A stretch of DNA of 64,000 bases, taken from a virus. Its lineage: Duplodnaviria > Caudoviricetes. The notes beneath the pieces are model-generated. The model saw nothing but the letters and a program-made list of their open reading frames with translations. It was not told the origin of the DNA and ran no database searches. The number at the start of each line of letters is the position of its first letter. Within the stretch, counting starts at the first letter, position 1. Of the stretch, positions 55,923 through 64,000 are shown in pieces. The DNA lies in IMG/VR virus record IMGVR_UViG_3300021431_000126, positions 520 through 64,519 of that record. One strand, written 5' to 3'. The position numbers and the translations under genes are program-made.

Positions 55923-57257
55923 ATGGCTGGTGGTGTTTGGTTATCACAGAACAAAACAAGACCTGGTGCTTATATCAATTTTAAGGCAGTACAAAAAAGC
56001 GCAATGACTGTTGGAGACAGAGGAATTGTTGCTATTGGTTTGCCTTTGAATTGGGGTGCTGAGGGTAAACTGATTGAAGTTCTTTCAAGCGATTTACTTG
56101 ATGGAAACAGTCAGAAGTTGGTTGGATTTACTGCTTTTGATGCAGAATCCAAATTGCTTGCAGGCGCATTAAAGTATTGCTACAAGGCTTTGGTGTACCG
56201 TATGAATGTTGATGGAGTAAAAGCAACTGCTACAATCGGTGGTTTAATTGCTACTGCAAAATATGCAGGAACTTTTGGAAACAATATCATAATCGCAGTT
56301 GTTCAAGATTCTGCAACTGGTTTATACTCTGTAATCACTTATGTTAATGGTGCAACTGTTGATAATCAGAAAGTTGCTACAATTTCAGAATTGGAATCAA
56401 ATGACTATATTGATTGGTCAGGTTCAGGCGAATTTGAAGCAACTGCAGGCACTTCTTTGACAGGTGGAACAAATGGAACTGTAGATGATGCCACCGCATA
56501 TCCTGCAATGTTTGCTTTATTGAAGATGGCAAATTGGCAGACATATGCTTGTCTTTCAAGTGATTCTTCAATTAAATCTAATGTTGTTACATTTATCACT
56601 CAAATGCGAGAAGATGAAGGCAGATATGTTCAGGGTGTTGTAGCCGACTATGATGGTGCTGATTATGAGGGAATTATAAACAGCGTTTGCGGTGCTGTAA
56701 TTGATGATGTTACATTCTCAAAAGAGGATTTTGTAACATGTGTTGCAGGAATGACTGCTGGTGCTAACTTTAATGAATCTAACACCGCAAAAGTTATTCA
56801 GGGAGCAACTTCAATTATTGGTGAACTTACTGATGCTGAAATTAAGGCTGGTTTGCAGGCTGGAAAGTTTATACTTTCAACATCAACTAGTGGAAACATT
56901 AAAGTTGAGCAGGACATCAACTCACTGCATACTTATTCAAAAGACAGAAACTATAATTTCAGCAAGAATCGTGTTATGCGCACTCTTGATGAAATTGGAA
57001 CTACAACAAAAGTTACTTGGGAAGATACCTATATGGGAAAAGTTGACAACGATTCCACAGGTAGAAGTCTTTTCAAAGCAGATTTGGTTCAGTATGGTAA
57101 TGAACTTCAAAGACTTAGAGGCATTCAAGAATTTGACGGTGTTACTGATATTGAAGTTAGTCAGGGCACAGATTTAGATTCTGTGATTTGTACATGGGCA
57201 GTCAAGCCAGTTGATTCCATGGAAAAACTGTACATGACTGTAAATGTTAATTCATAA
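55923..57257 (+). CDS. Contractile tail sheath (XkdK-like)
   Basis: MAGG.W..QNK.RPGAYINF, EQDINSL, KNRVMRTLD, MEKLYMTV. Confidence 0.93.
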   Translation: MAGGVWLSQNKTRPGAYINFKAVQKSAMTVGDRGIVAIGLPLNWGAEGKLIEVLSSDLLDGNSQKLVGFTAFDAESKLLAGALKYCYKALVYRMNVDGVKATATIGGLIATAKYAGTFGNNIIIAVVQDSATGLYSVITYVNGATVDNQKVATISELESNDYIDWSGSGEFEATAGTSLTGGTNGTVDDATAYPAMFALLKMANWQTYACLSSDSSIKSNVVTFITQMREDEGRYVQGVVADYDGADYEGIINSVCGAVIDDVTFSKEDFVTCVAGMTAGANFNESNTAKVIQGATSIIGELTDAEIKAGLQAGKFILSTSTSGNIKVEQDINSLHTYSKDRNYNFSKNRVMRTLDEIGTTTKVTWEDTYMGKVDNDSTGRSLFKADLVQYGNELQRLRGIQEFDGVTDIEVSQGTDLDSVICTWAVKPVDSMEKLYMTVNVNS

Positions 57258-57271
57258 GTTGGAGGCATAAA

Positions 57272-57739
57272 ATGGATGCTTGGTCGTACATGAAAGCAAA
57301 AGACGCTATCTCAGGAAAAGAGGGTACGTTGTATGCTACAATTGACAAAAATGTTATTCAGGTTGCTGAATGTAAAAGCATAAACGCTAAAATCACCAAA
57401 AACAAAACTGAGTTTAAGGCACTTGGCTATCGAGGAACTCAACACAAAGCAACTGGTTGGAGTGGTACAGGAACACTTGTTGTTCATTATGTTTCATCAC
57501 GCTGGTCAAAGATGATGATTAATTATGCAAAGAATGGTATAGATACTTATTTCAAATTGCAGGTAATCAATGAAGACCCAACGAGTTCAATTGGGAAACA
57601 AACAATCACATTGATTGATGTAAACTTTGATGAAGCCGAGATTGCCAAACTTGATGTTGATGCAGATTTTATAGACCAAACTATGAACTTCACTTTCAGT
57701 GACGTTGATATGCCTGATGAGTTTAAGGCTTTGAACTAA
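57272..57739 (+). CDS. Tail tube (XkdM-like)
   Basis: AISGKEG, HKATGWSGTG, NEDPTSSIG.Q. Confidence 0.92.
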   Translation: MDAWSYMKAKDAISGKEGTLYATIDKNVIQVAECKSINAKITKNKTEFKALGYRGTQHKATGWSGTGTLVVHYVSSRWSKMMINYAKNGIDTYFKLQVINEDPTSSIGKQTITLIDVNFDEAEIAKLDVDADFIDQTMNFTFSDVDMPDEFKALN

Positions 57740-57910
57740 AATTGTTCAATATTGTGTCTAATCGTTGAAATAAAGGGTGTTTTGAGGTTGCTTTGGAAAC
57801 TTTTCCAACAGACCAAAAATACACCCTTTATTTTTGATTTTTAATAGTTCTTTATTTTTTCTTACGAGTATTATATAATTTAATCAATTTATTTACTTGG
57901 AGGAACAAAA

Positions 57911-58467
57911 ATGAGTAAATTAGATGATTTTTTAGGATTGACTGATATTTCAGAAATCAGAAAAACAATCAAAGTGAATGTGGGTGGAAAAGATTTGGAA
58001 CTTACCATCAGACCAATTACTGAAGATGAGCATACAGAATTTCAAAGACGCTCACAGAACTTTACAAAAAACAAGGTTACATTTGACAATGGCAAATATA
58101 ACAATCTTGTTCTTGAGGCTTGTATTGTTGAACCAAACTTTGCTGATGCTGACTTCTTGAAAAAAGTAAAATGTATTTCAGCAACAGAATTCCTCAACAA
58201 AAAATTTCCTGCAGGAACACTTCAGGATATTGCAGGCGAGATTCAGAAGTTGAGTGGTTTTGAATCTTATGAATTGGAGATTGAAAACGCAAAAAACTAA
58301 TAAAAGAGGATGGTGAGGCAAATTATTGCCAATATGCTATCCTCAATTTTCATTGGACACCTAAACAATTTTCAAATATGTCTAGGAAAGAAAAAGCATT
58401 TGTCTGTGCTTGTATTGATAATCAAGTGCAGGAAAATCAAAATGAAATTGCTAAATTAAAGAGGTAA
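57911..58467 (+). CDS. Tail assembly chaperone (XkdN-like, stop 58300) with -1 frameshift extension to 58467
   Basis: A AAA AAC TAA at 58291-58300; -1 frame KLIKEDGEANYCQYAIL..RKEKAFVCACID. Confidence 0.85.
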
Positions 58468-58472
58468 AACTG

Positions 58473-60209
58473 ATGGCAAAGATTAACACTATATTTTCAA
58501 TGACAGATGAAGTTACCAATCCGCTTAAAAGAATGCAAAATCAACTTGAAAAGACTTCTGGTGGATTTGGTAATATGGCCATTAAAATTATGGGTGTTAA
58601 TCAGGCTGTTCAGTTGGTTACTACTGCGGTGAATGGATTCAAAAAGGCTTGTGCTGTTATGGATGAACTCACCGCAACTTATAATGCACAGGCTGAGCAA
58701 GAAGTTAAATTGGCGACTGTTATGAGACAGAGAATGAATGCCACTCAAGAGGATATTCAAGCCATCAAAGAACTAGCAAGTGCTCAACAACAACTTGGAA
58801 TCTATGGTGATGAAGTTATACTTTCAGGTGCTCAAGAGTTAGCAACCTTTGTTTCTAATCGTCAGGCACTTGAAACATTGATTCCTGCAATGAATGACTT
58901 AATTGCTCAGCAAAAAGGATATAACGCAACCGCTCAAGACTTCCAATCAATTGGTGATATGATGGGAAAAGTAATGGGTGGTCAGGTATCAGCCTTGTCA
59001 AGAATTGGTTATGTGTTTTCAGACGCAGAAAAGCAAATGCTTGAAACAGGCGATGAAATGCAAAGAGCCTCAACACTGGCTAAAATTATCACCGACAATG
59101 TAGGACATATGAATCAAGCACTTGCGCAAACTGATACTGGTGCTATTCAAAACGCAACAAATGCTTTGGGAGATATGCGTGAAAGACTTGGTGAAAGTCT
59201 TATGTCTTTGCAGAATTCTTTCAAACAAATTAAAACAAGTATTGCACTTTATTTTGAAAAACCTTTATTGAAAGCTATAAATTGGATTAAAGAGAATATT
59301 GGTGCTTTAACTGCTACCATAATTAAATTAGGAACAATCGTGACTGTAGTTGGAACTGCTATGGCTGTTGCTTGGGCAATTGCTAACTGGCCATTGACTC
59401 TTGCTATTGCCTTAGTGATAACATTCACTAGAGTGCTTTTTGACCTCACCGCTGATGCAAATGCAACTGCAGAGGCAATGAATGGATTTGGCAATCAATG
59501 CGCTGAGGCTGGAAATATGTTTGGAAAAGTTGTTGGATTTATTGCAGGAACAGTTGGTGGATTAATGAATATTATCTATAATGTGATTGCAATTGTATAC
59601 AATGCTTTAATGTATGTATCAGAATTTATTTTGAATATTTTTACTCACCCAATCAATGCCATTGCAAGATTGTTTATTGATACTGGAAATCAAATAATTC
59701 AATTTTTTAGTACGATTGGAGGTGTAATAGATTTAATTTTTAACACAAGTATATCAGAAAGCCTTAACAAAGCAAGTCGTCAACTTGAAGCATTCAAAGA
59801 AAAGAATTTTGGTAATGTAAATTATAAATATCAAAAAATGGAATTAAAAGATGTCAAAGGAATCCTTTCAGCAACTCAGGCTGGTGGAAATATCGGAAAA
59901 GACTTGGGAACAATCCTTGACCAAAAATTTACTATGGCCAAATTCCAAGCACCTCAAATGCAGGAATTTAAGACTGATGGAAGTGGAGCATTGATTGTAT
60001 CCGATAAAAATATAATTGATATTGCTGATGACTATCGTGAGTTATTATCTAAAAGAGCAACTGAGAAATTTAATTTGAAATTTAGTCAGGTTACACCAGA
60101 AGTTAATTTCAATGGTGTAACTATTAACAATAATGCTGATTTGGATGACGCTATTGAAAAATTTGTTTCAGGTGTTGAAGAGGCAAGCAGTTCAAGTTTA
60201 TCAAGTTAG
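58473..60209 (+). CDS. Tape measure protein
   Basis: Ala/Gln-rich helical, YGDEVILSGAQELATF, hydrophobic middle segments. Confidence 0.9.
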   Translation: MAKINTIFSMTDEVTNPLKRMQNQLEKTSGGFGNMAIKIMGVNQAVQLVTTAVNGFKKACAVMDELTATYNAQAEQEVKLATVMRQRMNATQEDIQAIKELASAQQQLGIYGDEVILSGAQELATFVSNRQALETLIPAMNDLIAQQKGYNATAQDFQSIGDMMGKVMGGQVSALSRIGYVFSDAEKQMLETGDEMQRASTLAKIITDNVGHMNQALAQTDTGAIQNATNALGDMRERLGESLMSLQNSFKQIKTSIALYFEKPLLKAINWIKENIGALTATIIKLGTIVTVVGTAMAVAWAIANWPLTLAIALVITFTRVLFDLTADANATAEAMNGFGNQCAEAGNMFGKVVGFIAGTVGGLMNIIYNVIAIVYNALMYVSEFILNIFTHPINAIARLFIDTGNQIIQFFSTIGGVIDLIFNTSISESLNKASRQLEAFKEKNFGNVNYKYQKMELKDVKGILSATQAGGNIGKDLGTILDQKFTMAKFQAPQMQEFKTDGSGALIVSDKNIIDIADDYRELLSKRATEKFNLKFSQVTPEVNFNGVTINNNADLDDAIEKFVSGVEEASSSSLSS

Positions 60210-60215
60210 AGAGGA

Positions 60216-60992
60216 TTGAAGATGAATACATATACTCAAGATGAAACTATTCCAATTTACATCATTTTACAATACAGTTTTTATTCTCTCAAATTTCCAA
60301 TTAATCCTGATAATTTGACCACTGATATTCCATCAGAATCTGAGACTGTTGATATTGAAGGGTTGGGTGAAGTTAGTATTCCAACTAGTCCTAAATTGGC
60401 AAAACTTACAATCAACTCATTCTTTTGGCACCAAAATAATTTAGTGCCAGCATCTCAATATGTTACTTGGTTAGAAAAATGGCAAAAAAGTAAAAAACCT
60501 GCAAACCTTATTGTAACAAGACTTAATTATTCAATGCAAGTTACTTGTGAAAATTTTAAGCATTGGATAAATGCAGGTGAAGAAAAGGATGTATATTTTG
60601 AATTACAACTTCAAGAATATAGACCATATGGTGCTAGAAAATTAAACAATGTTAAAAATAAAACAATTCTTCAAAACCTTAAAAACATAAAAGAATTATC
60701 AACTTCACCTATTTTAGTTGAGATTCCAAGACCAATTCGCAATTCAACTATAAAGGCTGAAATTGTAAATCCTTATGTTACAAAACCAAATGAAACTTTA
60801 ATCAGCATAACTAAAACAATAACTGGGTTTACTGATGATTGGAAACTTCTTTATGATGAAAATAAAGAGCAACTTGGAAATATTATTGCTGAGGCAGGTG
60901 AGATTTCAGAGGGAACAAAATTGAATCTACCTAGCAAATGGTTGGAGAATTCTTCATATAACATTCGTGATTTATCTCAGGCAGGTGCATAA
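60216..60992 (+). CDS. XkdP-like tube initiator with LysM-like C-terminus
   Basis: FPINP, DVYFEL.L.EYR, YVTKPNETL..I..LY..N. Confidence 0.75.
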   Translation: MKMNTYTQDETIPIYIILQYSFYSLKFPINPDNLTTDIPSESETVDIEGLGEVSIPTSPKLAKLTINSFFWHQNNLVPASQYVTWLEKWQKSKKPANLIVTRLNYSMQVTCENFKHWINAGEEKDVYFELQLQEYRPYGARKLNNVKNKTILQNLKNIKELSTSPILVEIPRPIRNSTIKAEIVNPYVTKPNETLISITKTITGFTDDWKLLYDENKEQLGNIIAEAGEISEGTKLNLPSKWLENSSYNIRDLSQAGA

Positions 60993-62395
60993 TGGCTTAT
61001 ACAATGCAAATAATTGACAATGAATCTAAAGAGGGATTTGATGTCTCAGAACTTGCTTATGATATTACTCATTCAACAACCCTACAAGGACAGGCTGGAA
61101 AACTCACTTTCAATCTTAGAAAAGACCCAAACAACATCCTGCAACTCAGTATTGGTAGTGTAGTCAGATTCTATAACGATGATGTGCCTGTTTTTTACGG
61201 ATATATTTTCAATCTAAAAACAAACCGTCAAGAAATTTATCAAGTTACAGCATATGACCAAATGCGATATTTACAAAATCATAATTATTTATTTATGAAA
61301 GATATGAACTTGGTTGATGTTTTTAAGCAGGTTTGTACTTTTGAAAAAATTAAAAATTATGCAATTCTAGGAAAAGCAAAATTGATAAATGCTTCTAACA
61401 ATCTTGAACCATATCATTTTAATGATGTTTCAGATTTTGATTTGCTTCAACATTGCATAAATGAAACTAATGTTTTTATCACTAAAAAAACTTTTGAAGA
61501 AAAAGCAAAAACGCTTTCAGTTGGAGCCACTGTAAATTATATAGGTGGTGAAAGTTTTAGTTCACCAAATGATAAATTACCTGCAACCATTAATCGAACT
61601 GCGGGCACAGCGGTAATAACTATTATGAAAAAAGACGCAACGCACCCTTATCACATTCAAGGCAAGACTAGTAATGTTTTTGGTTGGGTTGATGAAGATT
61701 CTATTTCATTAGAGAGTGAGTCAATACCATTGATTGACCAAAATTATTATTTCATTAGAGATAATTTTGGAATTCTTGAATTAAATGACATTGAAAGTAA
61801 TGTGAAATATCGCAAAACAAATATCATAGGTGCTTCAAGTAAAGAATGGACTGGAAATGAAAATTACAGATATAATGAAGGATATTTGCCTGAATTAGAG
61901 CCACTCATAATTGGTGATGAATCCTTACTTATGGATTATGATTATGAACTTGATATTGATAGAAACACATATAATCAAATTTGGTTAATGGATACAGTAA
62001 AAGATACATCTAAAACTACCGACAAGAAAAAATCAAGCAAAATAAATTCTTATGCAGAACAAGACGATGAAAGTGTTAAGAAATGGGGTGTTCTCAGAAA
62101 AATTGTAAATTTAAAAACCAATTATTCAGGTGCTGATGAAGCAACTAAAAAGAAAATTGAAGAATATGTAAAATTGTCTTTGTTAGAGGGTGCACAAATT
62201 AATAAAACTTTAAAAATTGAAGCCTTGGGATATAATGGTGTAAATGCAGGCGATGGATTCCTGTTAGAATTAAAAAAACTCAATGTGAGGGAAATGATGT
62301 ATGTAATATCTGCAACTCATCATTATGATGCTAATAAGCACACAATGAGTTTGGAAGTGTCTACAAGTAAAAATCTTTGTGAGGTGTTGAAATGA
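60992..62395 (+). CDS. XkdQ-like baseplate hub protein with internal insert
   Basis: VFYGYIF, VTAYDQMRYL, WGVL; insert VGATVNY..HPYHI..VFGWVD. Confidence 0.8.
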   Translation: MAYTMQIIDNESKEGFDVSELAYDITHSTTLQGQAGKLTFNLRKDPNNILQLSIGSVVRFYNDDVPVFYGYIFNLKTNRQEIYQVTAYDQMRYLQNHNYLFMKDMNLVDVFKQVCTFEKIKNYAILGKAKLINASNNLEPYHFNDVSDFDLLQHCINETNVFITKKTFEEKAKTLSVGATVNYIGGESFSSPNDKLPATINRTAGTAVITIMKKDATHPYHIQGKTSNVFGWVDEDSISLESESIPLIDQNYYFIRDNFGILELNDIESNVKYRKTNIIGASSKEWTGNENYRYNEGYLPELEPLIIGDESLLMDYDYELDIDRNTYNQIWLMDTVKDTSKTTDKKKSSKINSYAEQDDESVKKWGVLRKIVNLKTNYSGADEATKKKIEEYVKLSLLEGAQINKTLKIEALGYNGVNAGDGFLLELKKLNVREMMYVISATHHYDANKHTMSLEVSTSKNLCEVLK

Positions 62396-62892
62396 ACGAT
62401 TCTACAATGAACAGATTTGTTCGTGTTATGAAAGATATTGCGAACACTTCCAACAAACCAGATACAATGATTTTTGGTGAGGTAAAAGCACTTGACCCTA
62501 TTGAGATTGATATTGGAAACAATATTATTCTCACAGAAGAATTTTTATTTTTGGGTCAAATGTGTAGACCTCATAAAGTGAAAATTCCACATACCCATAA
62601 ATACAGTGGGTCAACTGAAAATGGAACAACTGGAATTTCAGCTGTAACAACTGCAACTATTGGAGCCACTCCAACTGTTGGTACAGTTACAATAACTGAT
62701 AAAGGACATACACATGACATCAAAGAGCAGGAAACTGATGATGTTCATAAACAAGGTTGCGGAACTGATTATGAAGATTTTGTAACAATTGAAATAGAGC
62801 CAAAATTAAAGGTTGGTGATAAAGTTCTGATGTTTGCTTTTAACAATTATCAGATGTATTATGTTGCTGAAAGAATTGAAAGAGAGGATTAA
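62392..62892 (+). CDS. XkdR-like (DUF2577) spike protein
   Basis: FGEV...P..I, His-rich HTH/HTHD, LKVGDKVL. Confidence 0.8.
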   Translation: MNDSTMNRFVRVMKDIANTSNKPDTMIFGEVKALDPIEIDIGNNIILTEEFLFLGQMCRPHKVKIPHTHKYSGSTENGTTGISAVTTATIGATPTVGTVTITDKGHTHDIKEQETDDVHKQGCGTDYEDFVTIEIEPKLKVGDKVLMFAFNNYQMYYVAERIERED

Positions 62893-62893
62893 A

Positions 62894-63298
62894 ATGACAC
62901 CACAAATTACAGAAACTGCGGGCAATGAAGTTTATTCTTACAGACAACCCAATTTGACTTATAGATTGGGTGAAAAAACTGTTGCAGGGAAAATTGACAA
63001 ATTAGAATCTATCAAACAGGCTGTCTTTCATATATTATCAACTGAGAGATATTCAACACCAATTTATGATGAAAATTATGGGATTGAACTTGCTCAATAT
63101 ATTGGACAAGATTTGGGATTTATAGTGGCAAATATTGAAAACACTTTACGTGAGGCACTTTGCCAAGATGACCGCATAACTGATGTTCAAGTTACTAATG
63201 TTGAAAAAAGTTCTCAGCAGAGCAATGCTTGTCTAGTAGAATTTACTGTGTTTACAATATATGGTAATTATAACGATTCTTTGAATGTTTCATTATAA
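62894..63298 (+). CDS. XkdS-like (DUF2634) baseplate wedge
   Basis: IKQAV..ILSTERY...IY..NYGIEL, EAL.QDDRI, TIYG. Confidence 0.88.
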   Translation: MTPQITETAGNEVYSYRQPNLTYRLGEKTVAGKIDKLESIKQAVFHILSTERYSTPIYDENYGIELAQYIGQDLGFIVANIENTLREALCQDDRITDVQVTNVEKSSQQSNACLVEFTVFTIYGNYNDSLNVSL

Positions 63299-63313
63299 TT
63301 TTGGAGGTATAAA

Positions 63314-64000
63314 ATGTCATATAGTGAAAATAATACTTTTGAAAAAATTTTGGATAGGTGTCTAGCAAATGATGTCCTTGTAAATGTAGACAAGCGAGTT
63401 GGCTCAATTATATATGATGCCCTTGCCCCAGTTTGTCTTGAATTGGCTGAGGCTTATGTTAAAATGGACATTCTTGAAGAACAAACTTATTTGATGACTG
63501 CAACAGGAAGCAATTTGGATAAACGTGTTTATGATTATGGAATCACAAGACAAGAGGCAACTCAGGCTTTGCGTATTGCAGAATTTAAATGCTATCAAAC
63601 TGATGACCAAGGTGGAATTGTTTATGATGAAAATAATCAGCCTATCCTTATTGATATGGAAATTCCAGAGGGTAGCAGATTTGCAGTGCCTGAAGATGAA
63701 GATGTTACTTTTGAATATGTAGGAAAAACAGATGGTTATAAAATCCTGCAATGTGAACAAACAGGTACAAAAGGAAATGAGCACGTGGGAACTATCTTGC
63801 CGTTGGTTCCAATAAATGGCTTAATTGAGGCAAATATAATTTCAACTTACAAACCCGCAGAGGATGCAGAAACTGATGAAGAATTAAGATTGAGAACAAA
63901 AAATCATTTAAATTATCTTTCATTTGGTGGCAATATTTCTGATTATATTGAAAAAGTAAACACACTTGATGGTGTTGGAAATGTTAAGGTGTTTCCTGCT
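63314..64000 (+). CDS. Baseplate J (XkdT-like), runs off the window
   Basis: DKRVGSIIYDALAP, TATGSNLD, CEQTGTKGN, AETDEELR.R, GGNISDY. Confidence 0.92.
   Translation, partial: MSYSENNTFEKILDRCLANDVLVNVDKRVGSIIYDALAPVCLELAEAYVKMDILEEQTYLMTATGSNLDKRVYDYGITRQEATQALRIAEFKCYQTDDQGGIVYDENNQPILIDMEIPEGSRFAVPEDEDVTFEYVGKTDGYKILQCEQTGTKGNEHVGTILPLVPINGLIEANIISTYKPAEDAETDEELRLRTKNHLNYLSFGGNISDYIEKVNTLDGVGNVKVFPA

Noticed and set aside
1-64000. CRISPR array
   Set aside because: No regularly spaced repeats with unique spacers; the repeated elements are dispersed promoters.

Overview
This is an AT-rich (about 32% GC by eye) stretch of one tailed phage with a contractile tail of the PBSX/Xkd type. It is probably almost the whole genome: the window ends inside baseplate J (63314 onward) and begins inside the XkdU-like gene that normally follows J, so I infer a circularly permuted genome of about 64.5-65 kb. 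Gene order is: tail fibre; lysis (CHAP endolysin, holin candidates); an uncharacterised Gln-rich/Gly-rich/Cys-rich/ferritin-like operon; leftward early genes (adenine MTase, PC4, SNF2 helicase, sigma-region-2 protein); a self-contained replication/recombination block (initiator, DnaB, clamp, PolB, ThyX-like, DnaX, UvsY, SSB, RecA, resolvase, split SbcC + SbcD, primase, three GIY-YIG endonucleases); a radical SAM + amino acid:DNA transferase-like + kinase cluster; DenV-like glycosylase; ligase; tRNA-Gln; then terminase, portal, lipase, Tad2, MuF-ART, capsid and tail. I saw no integrase, CRISPR array or reverse transcriptase. The strongest observations are: (1) a DNA-hypermodification-type cluster with no visible canonical hmdU supply pathway; (2) roughly 15-fold genome-wide iteration of CCTGCA/TGCAGG; (3) a prfB-like +1 frameshift signal in the primase; (4) a G7 tract that breaks a DNA methyltransferase; (5) two phage-wide promoter classes; (6) a dual-frame spanin-like gene pair without a lipobox; (7) the uncharacterised Cys/ferritin operon. 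All family assignments come from motif recognition, not database searches, and all counts are by hand.
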